A DNA stretch of 64,000 nucleotides from Bacteroidota bacterium (GTDB lineage: Bacteria; Bacteroidota; Bacteroidia; NORP154). Position numbers and translations under genes: made by a program. The stretch is taken from positions 3,489-67,488 of the forward strand of contig JACZWC010000011.1 of NCBI GenBank assembly GCA_022572355.1. Direction: 5' to 3'. Below, one piece after another: positions 33,507-42,099 of this stretch (positions within the stretch are counted from its first letter, which is position 1; each line of letters starts with the position of its first letter). The notes beneath the pieces are model-generated. The model was not told where the DNA came from and made no database searches. It saw only the letters and a program-made list of their open reading frames with translations.

Positions 33507-34130
33507 ATGTCATTTAGCAAGTATATCTTAACTTTTATCCTTTTTATTGTCATTGCGATGTGTGGATTTGCACAGGAAACTGTGGCCCCACCAGCACAAA
33601 TAGCATGGATGACATGGGAAGAGGCAATCGACAGGCAGAAGATCGACAGGGACAACTACAACAAGGATAAGAAGGCAAATCCAGCTCCCAAGAAGATTTT
33701 TTTGGATATCTATACCGGATGGTGCGGGTGGTGCAAGAAGATGGATAAAACCACGTTCAAGAATCCAGAGGTGATCAGGTACATGAATAAATACTTCTAT
33801 GCCATTAAACTGGATGCAGAAATGACTGAAACAATTTCTCACAACGGACACGATTTTATAAATCCCAGGCCGGAATTAGTAAGGGGAAGAAGGGGAACCC
33901 ATCAATTGGCGGCTTCACTCTTGGATAATAGGCTATCCTACCCTTCATATGTTATCATGGATGAGAATACCAACAGGTTGGTCATCTACAAGGGATACAA
34001 GCAAACAGATGCATTCGTGGGCATACTGTCTTTTTTTGGCACGAACCAATATTTATCCTACAAACAAACACTGTCACAGCAATCGAAAGGTACCCAGCAA
34101 CAAGTGGCTGCTCCTAAAACTGATAAATAA
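33507..34130 (+). CDS. Secreted thioredoxin-fold protein (WCGWC active site)
   Basis: The likely start is ATG 33507 (MSFSKYILTFILFIVIAMCGFAQ signal peptide); the track start is 33450. It has the CxxC motif WCGWCKKM. Confidence 0.7.
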   Translation: MSFSKYILTFILFIVIAMCGFAQETVAPPAQIAWMTWEEAIDRQKIDRDNYNKDKKANPAPKKIFLDIYTGWCGWCKKMDKTTFKNPEVIRYMNKYFYAIKLDAEMTETISHNGHDFINPRPELVRGRRGTHQLAASLLDNRLSYPSYVIMDENTNRLVIYKGYKQTDAFVGILSFFGTNQYLSYKQTLSQQSKGTQQQVAAPKTDK

Positions 34131-34138
34131 ACCCCACG

Positions 34139-34687
34139 GTGAAGGCCATTCTTACTTTGTTCTGTACGGTTGTGTTTTGCTTAAATACACTTTATGTCGA
34201 TGGGCAGAGTATCAGTTGGATGAGTCTTGAAAAAGCAGTGGAACTCAGTAAAAAAGAGCCAAAGAAGATACTCGTGGATGTTTACACGCACTGGTGTGGG
34301 CCCTGCAAAATGATGATGAGGTACACCTTTACCGATCCATGGATCGTCAAGTACATCAATAAGAACTATTATGCGGTGAAATTCAATGCCGAAGGGCCAG
34401 ATCCAATAACTTTCCGTGGAAAGACATTTTCAAATCCTGGTTATGTGAAGGATAAACGCGGTAGAAACAGCACTCATCAGTTAACGCAGGCAATTGCCAA
34501 TGTGAATGGTAGAATTGCATATCCTACTATTGTTTTTATAGATCAGAAGCTGAATGTGATAACACCGGTACAGGGCTATCAGAAACCAGCTCAATTTGAG
34601 CCGATGCTCAAATTCATAGGAGAGGATAAGTATGTCAGTCAGAAATGGCAGGAATATATGGCATCCTTCAAGAGTGAATTACATTAG
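34139..34687 (+). CDS. Secreted thioredoxin-fold protein (WCGPC active site), paralog
   Basis: 182 aa with a GTG start and a signal peptide. HWCGPCKMM motif. It is collinear with the upstream paralog (YAIKLDAE / YAVKFNAE, THQLA / THQLT, YPSYV / YPTIV). Confidence 0.7.
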   Translation: MKAILTLFCTVVFCLNTLYVDGQSISWMSLEKAVELSKKEPKKILVDVYTHWCGPCKMMMRYTFTDPWIVKYINKNYYAVKFNAEGPDPITFRGKTFSNPGYVKDKRGRNSTHQLTQAIANVNGRIAYPTIVFIDQKLNVITPVQGYQKPAQFEPMLKFIGEDKYVSQKWQEYMASFKSELH

Positions 34688-34726
34688 AATAACCTGAATT
34701 TGCACGTATTTGTAATCAATTGATTC

Positions 34727-35983
34727 ATGTCCACACCATTTTTTACCAATGATGCCGTTGTATTGGGCATCCTGCTTGCTGTTTTAGCCTTTATTTTCAA
34801 AACATCGAGCAGCGAGAACCCCAGGTGGAAGAAATTCTATACCTATGTTCCGGCTCTGCTACTTTGCTACTTTATTCCCGCATTTTTAAATTACCCTTTG
34901 GGTCTCATATCCCCCAAGGATTCAAACTTGTACTTCATTGCATCCAGGTATTTGCTACCGGCCAGTTTGGTTTTATTAACACTAAGTGTGGATTTTAAGG
35001 GTATTCTGAACCTGGGATCCAAAGCGCTTATCATGTTCTTTACGGGTACGGCAAGTGTTATCATTGGCGGGCCAATTGCAATGGTTACCGTGGTAGCTTA
35101 TGCGCCAGAGGCATTTGGCGTAGATGGTGTACAGGAGATATGGAGAGGCTTATCAACGGTGGCTGGAAGTTGGATAGGTGGTGGAGCTAACCAGACGGCT
35201 ATGAAAGAGGTGTTCGAAGTGGATGACGGTATTTTTTCGGCTATGATTATCGTCGATGTTTTTGTGGCCAATCTCTGGATGGCTGTTTTGTTATATGGTG
35301 CGGGACACTCTGAAAGGATCGATAAATTTTTCAAAGCAGATTCTTCCGCGATTGAAGAACTAAAGGGTAAAATTATCGATTATCAGAAGAGTATTATGAA
35401 AATACCTACTCTGGCGGAGCTAACTACGCTGATGGCGGTTTGTTTTGGGGTTGTGGCTGTAGGGCATTGGGCTGGCGACACAATAGCTCCCTGGATAGAA
35501 GAAAATGCTCCTGAGCTGAGAAAATTCAGTTTGGCCTCAAAATTTTTCTGGTTAATCGTATTTGCCACCACTATAGGTCTCATCCTATCATTTACGAAGG
35601 CGCGGAAATTAGAGGGATATGGAGCTTCGAGAATTGGTAGTTTATTCCTGTATATGCTTGTTACCACCATAGGAATGAAAATGGATATCCATGAACTGAA
35701 GGAGAATTGGGATGTATATAAATATTTCATATTGATCGGATTGGTATGGATGCTGGTACACATCAGTATATTGCTTATTGTTGCTAAGATTATCAGGGCA
35801 CCCTTCTTTTTCACCGCTATTGGAAGTCAGGCAAACATCGGTGGCGCCGCATCCGCTCCAATTGTTGCATCAGCCTTTCATCCCTCTCTGGCACCAGTTG
35901 GTGTGTTATTAGCCGTATTGGGTTATGTGCTGGGTACTTATGGAGCGTGGATTTGTGCCCAGCTAATGCGGATTGCATCATAA
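34727..35983 (+). CDS. DUF819-family integral membrane protein
   Basis: 418 aa with about 11 TM segments. The N-terminus FTNDAVVLGILLAVLAFIF...KFYTYVPALLLCYFIPAFLN...ASRYLLPASL resembles DUF819 proteins as I remember them. Confidence 0.65.
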   Translation: MSTPFFTNDAVVLGILLAVLAFIFKTSSSENPRWKKFYTYVPALLLCYFIPAFLNYPLGLISPKDSNLYFIASRYLLPASLVLLTLSVDFKGILNLGSKALIMFFTGTASVIIGGPIAMVTVVAYAPEAFGVDGVQEIWRGLSTVAGSWIGGGANQTAMKEVFEVDDGIFSAMIIVDVFVANLWMAVLLYGAGHSERIDKFFKADSSAIEELKGKIIDYQKSIMKIPTLAELTTLMAVCFGVVAVGHWAGDTIAPWIEENAPELRKFSLASKFFWLIVFATTIGLILSFTKARKLEGYGASRIGSLFLYMLVTTIGMKMDIHELKENWDVYKYFILIGLVWMLVHISILLIVAKIIRAPFFFTAIGSQANIGGAASAPIVASAFHPSLAPVGVLLAVLGYVLGTYGAWICAQLMRIAS

Positions 35984-36030
35984 CGCGATTTTTATTATTT
36001 TAGCCTGTAAGGAGCCATTTTATCAGGTAT

Positions 36031-37122
36031 ATGTCACACGACGAAGAAGAAATAGAAAGACTAAAAGTCGAGAATATAAAGTTATTCGAAGAATTGAAGC
36101 GAAAGAAGGCAAAATTAACTTCCACGCTCAAGGAACTCGAAGAAAAGAACTTTCAACTCGCTGCTCACCACAGAGATCTTACAGATAGCGTAAACTATGC
36201 CAAAAGGATACAGATGGCTATTATGCCGCCACGATATGTTGTTAATAAACTGCTGGAGGAGAGTTTCATTTTGTACTTACCCAAAGACGTAGTAAGTGGG
36301 GATTTTTACTTTGTACATAGAATTAAGGACGAGGTTGTCTTTGCTGTAGTGGACTGTACCGGACATGGTGTTCCAGGTGCTTTAATGTCGGTGGTCGGGT
36401 TCAATTGCCTCGATCAGGCAGTTTCCAAATTGAATATGACAGTTCCCTGTGAGATATTAAGCTTCCTTGATGAGGGAGTAAATGATACACTTCGGCAAAC
36501 CGCAGATGAAAGCGGTGTGAAAGATGGAATGGACCTGGCCATGTGTACATTCAACGCGAAAAAGAAGGAATTGCAGTATTCTGGAGCATATAACCCCTTG
36601 TATGTGATTAAGAAGGTGGAGAGCTTCGTGTCTAAAAAGGAGCGAAAGATCGATGTAGAACATCCTAGAGAAATTAAAAAACAGCTTGTTAAAGCGAGTA
36701 AGGAGAAAGCTGGAGTCGAAGTGAGTGTTGTTACGAAAAACGAAAATAACCATTGGATAGGGGGAGTAGAAGAAGTAATAAATCATCCGGCAATGTCCTT
36801 GGGGGATCACCACTTATTTGAAATCAAAGCTGACAAACTTCCGATTGGGGTTAACCTCGATGGGGTTGTGGATATTTATACCAACCACACTGTGCCGGTG
36901 GAAAAGGGAGATGCAATCTACCTTTTTACCGACGGCTACGCAGATCAATTTGGTGGCCCAATGGAAAAAAAGTTCAAATACCATCGACTCAAAGAACTCT
37001 TGCTGTCTATTCAGGATAAGACTATGATAGAGCAAAAGCGAATCCTGGTCAGGACGTTCAGTAAATGGAAGGGCGACGAAGACCAAATTGACGACGTGCT
37101 CGTCATGGGTTTGAGGGTTTGA
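36031..37122 (+). CDS. Cytoplasmic PP2C/SpoIIE-family serine phosphatase with N-terminal coiled coil
   Basis: 363 aa. YAKRIQMAIMP, SGDFYFV, DCTGHGVPGA, DGMDLAM, FTDGYADQFGG and DDVLVMGLRV are the same motif set as the 8606-10018 protein. Confidence 0.8.
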   Translation: MSHDEEEIERLKVENIKLFEELKRKKAKLTSTLKELEEKNFQLAAHHRDLTDSVNYAKRIQMAIMPPRYVVNKLLEESFILYLPKDVVSGDFYFVHRIKDEVVFAVVDCTGHGVPGALMSVVGFNCLDQAVSKLNMTVPCEILSFLDEGVNDTLRQTADESGVKDGMDLAMCTFNAKKKELQYSGAYNPLYVIKKVESFVSKKERKIDVEHPREIKKQLVKASKEKAGVEVSVVTKNENNHWIGGVEEVINHPAMSLGDHHLFEIKADKLPIGVNLDGVVDIYTNHTVPVEKGDAIYLFTDGYADQFGGPMEKKFKYHRLKELLLSIQDKTMIEQKRILVRTFSKWKGDEDQIDDVLVMGLRV

Positions 37123-37184
37123 TCAAATTCAACAACTCACGCTAACAAATTCACCAATTTTATCGCAATAATTGCACACCCCTA

Positions 37185-37355
37185 ATGGGAATAAAAAAGG
37201 AAAATCGTTTTCTAATCTTGTTTTTTATAGTGATTACACTCGCCTTAGCGGGGTATGGCTGGAAGACGGATCGCTATATAATGCTCGTGTTGTGGGTGGT
37301 GGGTGTTGGTGCCAAATTCATCCTTGGCAGTATTCTCAACAAGGATAAGTCCTAA
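37185..37355 (+). CDS. Hypothetical 56-aa two-TM membrane peptide
   Basis: My translation is MGIKKENRFLILFFIVITLALAGYGWKTDRYIMLVLWVVGVGAKFILGSILNKDKS. It is below the ORF-track cutoff and is supported only by ORF integrity and hydrophobic pattern. Confidence 0.3.
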   Translation: MGIKKENRFLILFFIVITLALAGYGWKTDRYIMLVLWVVGVGAKFILGSILNKDKS

Positions 37356-37559
37356 AAGTTTTAGTTAATAGCAGAAATAAGCCCTGCTGTTGAATTAGAA
37401 ATGCTTCGGAATGAGTAATTTTGCTTTGATATAAATCGGAGTGGAAGTGAACTTGATTATTGTCTCCATATCTGATGTGAAATGGGATATTAGCTCACCC
37501 CGATATCTCCCGATAGCTATCGGGACGGGGGGTTTAGAGTATCCGCATTTATTTTAGAT

Positions 37560-37634
37560 GGGATATTAGCTCAGTTGGTTCAGAGCACTAGCTCGACAAG
37601 CTAGGGGTCACTGGTTCGAATCCAGTATGTCCCA
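37560..37634 (+). tRNA. tRNA-Val (anticodon GAC)
   Basis: Manual cloverleaf. Acceptor GGGATAT/ATGTCCC, D-arm GCTC-AGTTGGTTCA-GAGC, anticodon stem CTAGC/GCTAG with loop TCGACAA (GAC at 37595-37597), variable loop GGGTC, T-arm ACTGG-TTCGAAT-CCAGT, discriminator A. No CCA is encoded. Confidence 0.85.
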
Positions 37635-37717
37635 CAATGTTGTTAAATTTATGTGGCTGTAATAGGATTGGTGCAATCAGTCGCAATCATTTTATTTCAA
37701 GTAATTGAATTTCAGAA

Positions 37718-37966
37718 ATGTTAACACCTAAATTGCCTTCATTTTTCAGAAAAGCAGGCTATAAAAATTTTGAGTACACCCCCATATACTATAAGCCGAC
37801 GAAAGATGAGAAGGAGATGAGGAAAAGGCGAATGAAGATGGAGGTGAGTAAAGCGAGAGCAGGTGTGTATAATGTCGGCAATAAGTCAAGACAGCAATCC
37901 AATATCAGGCTAATTTTGATTATTGTAGCCTTAGTGGCAATAGCGTATTACATAATATATTTATAA
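37718..37966 (+). CDS. Hypothetical small tail-anchored membrane protein
   Basis: 82 aa. A basic N-terminal two-thirds (YKPTKDEKEMRKRRMKME) and a C-terminal TM helix (IRLILIIVALVAIAYYIIYL), directly upstream of mutL. Confidence 0.5.
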   Translation: MLTPKLPSFFRKAGYKNFEYTPIYYKPTKDEKEMRKRRMKMEVSKARAGVYNVGNKSRQQSNIRLILIIVALVAIAYYIIYL

Positions 37967-37973
37967 AACACAG

Positions 37974-39836
37974 TTGAAAGATATAATTCATGTATTACCT
38001 GATTCAGTAGCCAATCAAATTGCGGCGGGAGAAGTTATTCAAAGGCCTGCTTCAGCTGTAAAAGAGTTGCTGGAGAATGCCATTGACGCCGGTAGTTCTG
38101 AGATTAAGGTGATCATTAAAGATGCAGGTAAAACTGTTATACAGGTAATAGACAATGGATGTGGAATGTCAGCTACGGACGCACGCATGTGTTTAGAACG
38201 GCATGCAACATCTAAGATCAGGAAGGCTAATGATCTTTTTGAGATTCGCACCATGGGATTTCGGGGTGAGGCAATGGCATCAATTTCGGCAATCTCGCAT
38301 ATGGAGCTTAAGTCAAAGCGTATAAACGACGAGGTAGGTACTGTAATTACAATTGAAGGCTCTGAGGTGAAAAGCCAGGAGGTCAGCGACTGTTCGGATG
38401 GTACTTCAGTTGCGATTAAGAACCTCTTCTTTAACGTTCCGGCGAGAAGAAATTTTCTGAAGTCGGACACCGTAGAAACTCGCCATATTATAGATGAATT
38501 TCAGAAAATTGCTATCGCTAATCCAGGTATTAAAATGTTGCTTTACAGTAACGATAATGAAGTTTTTCATCTGAAAGAGGGGCCACTTCGCCAACGCTTG
38601 GTAGGGATTTTCGGGAAGAAATACAATCAGCGATTGGTACCTGTAGAAGAAAATGCTTCAATCGTAAACATCAAGGGATTTATTGGAAAACCTGAATTTG
38701 CTAAGAAGACGAGGGGAGAGCAATTCTTCTTTGTTAACAATCGCTATATCAAAAATGGATACCTGCATCATGCAATTCAAAATGCCTTTCAGGAATTGAT
38801 TCAAAGCGATAGCCATCCAACCTATTTTATCTTTCTTGAGCTGGATCCCAAGGTCATCGATATCAATATTCATCCTACAAAATCAGAGATAAAATTTGAA
38901 AATGACAGGATGATATATGCCATCTTATTATCTGCGGTCAAACAATCTTTGGGTAAGTATAATATTGCTCCAGTCATAGATTTTAATCGGGAAAATAGCT
39001 TTGATATCCCGCCCTTGTCACCGGGGGAATCCGTCAAGGCGCCGTCCATCAGAGTTGATACATCCTATGACCCGTTTCGGCACGAGAGTTTTGATAAACG
39101 GGAGTTGTCTAACAAAAAGAATTGGCAGGACATTTTTCCTCCCGAGGTGGAAAACCCTCAGGTGGTTATGAATCTTCATGCTGACAAATCGTCAGAGTTG
39201 GCAGGTGATGAAAATGATATGGAGTCTGTAGCATTGCAAAAGCAATTGGATTCGAGCGCGATGCGTATAGGACAACCTGCAACATATCAATTGCATAATT
39301 CGTATATAATTTCCCAGATTAAATCGGGGATGATAATTATTGATCAGCAAAACGCAAGCGAGAGAATCAATTATGAGAAATACCTGGCGGTTTTTGAGAG
39401 TAGTAGCGGATCTACGCAACAACAATTGTTTTCTGAAACAGTTACGCTGTCATTAAGTGATTTTGAAATTTATAAAGAGATTGAATCGGATATCCAGGCG
39501 CTGGGTTTCGATGTAAGGGTATTTGGAAAGAATACTGTAGCTATTGAGGGTATCCCAGCTGACATAAAATCAGAAGACGCTGAAATTCTGATTCAAAAAG
39601 TGCTGGAACAGTATAAAAACAACGTAAGTGACCTGAAAATTGATAAAAGAGATAATTTGGCAAGGTCTTTGGCTGTGAATACAGCAATAAAAAGAGGAAC
39701 TTCATTGAAAAATGAGGAGATGAGCGCATTAATAGATCAGTTATTTGCTTGCAGCATGCCTTATTATAATGCAGATGGACAGCCTACGCTTACCACACTG
39801 AGTTTACAGGAGTTGAATCTTAAGTTTGAAAATTAG
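37974..39836 (+). CDS. mutL: DNA mismatch repair protein MutL
   Basis: 620 aa with a TTG start that preserves the conserved N-terminus MKDIIHVLPDSVANQIAAGEVIQRPASAVKELLENAIDAG. GHKL ATPase motifs are present (DNGCGM, GFRGEA). Confidence 0.92.
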   Translation: MKDIIHVLPDSVANQIAAGEVIQRPASAVKELLENAIDAGSSEIKVIIKDAGKTVIQVIDNGCGMSATDARMCLERHATSKIRKANDLFEIRTMGFRGEAMASISAISHMELKSKRINDEVGTVITIEGSEVKSQEVSDCSDGTSVAIKNLFFNVPARRNFLKSDTVETRHIIDEFQKIAIANPGIKMLLYSNDNEVFHLKEGPLRQRLVGIFGKKYNQRLVPVEENASIVNIKGFIGKPEFAKKTRGEQFFFVNNRYIKNGYLHHAIQNAFQELIQSDSHPTYFIFLELDPKVIDINIHPTKSEIKFENDRMIYAILLSAVKQSLGKYNIAPVIDFNRENSFDIPPLSPGESVKAPSIRVDTSYDPFRHESFDKRELSNKKNWQDIFPPEVENPQVVMNLHADKSSELAGDENDMESVALQKQLDSSAMRIGQPATYQLHNSYIISQIKSGMIIIDQQNASERINYEKYLAVFESSSGSTQQQLFSETVTLSLSDFEIYKEIESDIQALGFDVRVFGKNTVAIEGIPADIKSEDAEILIQKVLEQYKNNVSDLKIDKRDNLARSLAVNTAIKRGTSLKNEEMSALIDQLFACSMPYYNADGQPTLTTLSLQELNLKFEN

Positions 39837-39908
39837 TCGGTAAGTGATCACTTAGGAATCAAATTATAAATAATGAATATCAAATGAAAAACTTCAAAGT
39901 ATTACACA

Positions 39909-40214
39909 ATGACAAAGTATGATTTACAAGAACGGTTGATTGATTTTGCAATTGCTATCATTCTTCTGATAGAAACTCTGTCAAATACCAAATCGGCAAA
40001 TCACATTGGCGGACAAGTTCTTCGTTCAGGAACCTCTCCTGCATTTAATTATGGAGAAGCTCAGAGTGCTGAATCAAGAAAAGATTTTATTCATAAAATG
40101 AAGGTCTGTCTTAAAGAATTGCGAGAAACACAAGTTGGACTTAAAATGATCCATCGTTTAAAAATTACAACATCAGAACAAGAAGTTGAACGTTTACTTA
40201 AAGAATGCGGTTAA
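39909..40214 (+). CDS. Four-helix-bundle protein (23S rRNA intervening-sequence protein family), apparently truncated by an in-frame TAA
   Basis: 101 aa. GGQVLRSGTSPAFNYGEAQSAESRKDFIHKMKVCLKELRET is the family core. The frame continues after TAA 40212-40214 as LISIFVKSIETAERN..., which matches the usual family C-terminus. Confidence 0.7.
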   Translation: MTKYDLQERLIDFAIAIILLIETLSNTKSANHIGGQVLRSGTSPAFNYGEAQSAESRKDFIHKMKVCLKELRETQVGLKMIHRLKITTSEQEVERLLKECG

Positions 40215-40386
40215 TTGATTTCCATCTTTGTGAAATCCATAGAAACGGCAGAACGGAACAGAGAGATTATTAAACAAAACGGATCTTAACTTCAACATTT
40301 TAAATTTGACATTCGATATTTATCATTTTGCTGGCAATTGTTATGATTCTACAAAATAATACGACTGATCAGTTAGGTAGTATAAA

Positions 40387-41163
40387 ATGAGTTATCAAGA
40401 GCATAGACCGGGTGGCTTTGGGCTCTTACCGCCGATTGTCAAGAACCTGCTCATCATTAATGTGCTGTGCTTTCTGGCCTATTGGGCTTTAGGCTTCAGT
40501 TTTAATATTGATCTGAATGATATTTTGGGCTTGCACTTTTTTATGGGCGAATCATTTAGCCCCTTTCAGTATGTATCGTATATGTTTATGCATGGGGGTA
40601 TCGGGCACTTGGTATTTAACATGTTTGCCTTGTGGATGTTTGGCAACGCATTGGAGAATTATTGGGGAGCAAAGCGTTTTCTGATGTATTATATGATAAC
40701 AGGAATTGGAGCTGCGCTTCTTCATACGTTGGTTATATCTATGGATGTGGTTCCCCTGTTGGCAGAGATTGACCAACTTATTGAGAACCCTGAAGGTATT
40801 AGCCCTTCAATGAATCTAAAGGAGCAGTATGGTGCATTTTTGTACAGAACAGGAGCAGCTGCCAATACTACCGAATCCCTCTATCTTTTTAAAGATTGGA
40901 TACCCAATCAACCTCTGGTTGTCGGCGCCTCCGGTGCTGTTTTTGGATTGTTGCTGGCCTTTGGAATGATGTTTCCCAACAGCGTCATCTATCTTTATTT
41001 TGCCATTCCAATCAAAGCCAAGTATTTCGTAATGCTGTATGGTGCATTGGAGCTTTATCAGGGTTTTCAGAGCAATCCAGGTGATAATGTAGCACATTTT
41101 GCTCACCTGGGTGGAATGCTGTTTGGTTTCTTTCTTATAAAATACTGGAAAAAGAACCCCTAA
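40387..41163 (+). CDS. Rhomboid-family intramembrane serine protease
   Basis: 258 aa. HGGIGHLVFNM, the catalytic GASGAVFGLL motif and the histidine motif AHLGGMLFG. Confidence 0.85.
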   Translation: MSYQEHRPGGFGLLPPIVKNLLIINVLCFLAYWALGFSFNIDLNDILGLHFFMGESFSPFQYVSYMFMHGGIGHLVFNMFALWMFGNALENYWGAKRFLMYYMITGIGAALLHTLVISMDVVPLLAEIDQLIENPEGISPSMNLKEQYGAFLYRTGAAANTTESLYLFKDWIPNQPLVVGASGAVFGLLLAFGMMFPNSVIYLYFAIPIKAKYFVMLYGALELYQGFQSNPGDNVAHFAHLGGMLFGFFLIKYWKKNP

Positions 41164-41167
41164 TACA

Positions 41168-42082
41168 ATGAGCAATTCTGTACTTGACGAAATAAAGAAT
41201 ACGTTTAACCAGGGTAGTACGCTGATCCGGTTGATCATGATTAATTTAATCGTGTGGGTAGGGGTAAAATTGATATTACTCTCCTTCTTTCTGCTAAACA
41301 CAAATGTTGGAATTGGAGGGGCCTTCATCAAATGGTTGGCTGTACCCGCAGCGCTCAACGAACTTCTGTTCAAACCCTGGACTCTCATTACATATATGTT
41401 TCTCCACGAGGACTTTTTCCATATCCTCTTTAATATGCTATGGCTCTATTGGTTTGGAAAGATCTTTCTGGAGTATATGGGCAACAAAAAGCTTTTGAGC
41501 ACTTATGTCTTGGGTGGATTATCAGGTGCTGTTCTTTATATCCTTGCCTTTAATATTTTTCCGGTATTTCAAGGCGCGTTACCTATGTCCTACGCCCTCG
41601 GAGCTTCAGCCTCCGTACTGGCTATTGTAATCGCTGTAGCAACTTACGTACCTAATTATACACTACATCTTATGTTTCTCGGTCCCGTGAAAATTAAGTA
41701 TATCGCCATTTTTTCGGTACTCCTGGATATCATGAGTATTCAGGGAAGTAATTCTGGTGGCCATATAGCTCATCTGGGAGGTGCTATTTTTGGATTTTAC
41801 TACGTCCGCCAGTTGAATAAGGGCAAAGACTTATCCACGGGCTTTATGAGCATCCTGGACAAAATTACTTCTTACTTCTATAGCTCAGGGAGCAAATTGC
41901 ACGTTGCACATTCAAGAGGAGGGAAATCGGGTAGGGGATTATCGGATGAAGAGTTCAATAGTGAAAAAAAAACTCAGCAGGATAAAATGGATCTTATATT
42001 GGATAAGATTTCAAAATCAGGGTATGATAGCCTTACAAAGGAGGAAAAGGACATCCTGTTTAGAATCAGCAATAAAAAATAG
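41168..42082 (+). CDS. Rhomboid-family intramembrane protease paralog with charged C-terminal extension
   Basis: 304 aa. HEDFFHILFNM, GASASVLAIV and HIAHLGGAIFG, plus a cytoplasmic tail of about 90 aa. Confidence 0.8.
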   Translation: MSNSVLDEIKNTFNQGSTLIRLIMINLIVWVGVKLILLSFFLLNTNVGIGGAFIKWLAVPAALNELLFKPWTLITYMFLHEDFFHILFNMLWLYWFGKIFLEYMGNKKLLSTYVLGGLSGAVLYILAFNIFPVFQGALPMSYALGASASVLAIVIAVATYVPNYTLHLMFLGPVKIKYIAIFSVLLDIMSIQGSNSGGHIAHLGGAIFGFYYVRQLNKGKDLSTGFMSILDKITSYFYSSGSKLHVAHSRGGKSGRGLSDEEFNSEKKTQQDKMDLILDKISKSGYDSLTKEEKDILFRISNKK

Positions 42083-42099
42083 AAGACTTTAAATTGTTG

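Noticed and set aside
40816-41388. 190-aa minus-strand ORF spanning the junction of the two rhomboid genes
   Set aside because: It is antisense to two plus-strand genes that carry clear catalytic motifs (GxSG, H). It has no recognisable features and is a shadow ORF. The same reasoning applies to 8723-9178, 7581-7997, 4411-4866, 35383-35814 and 38039-38470.
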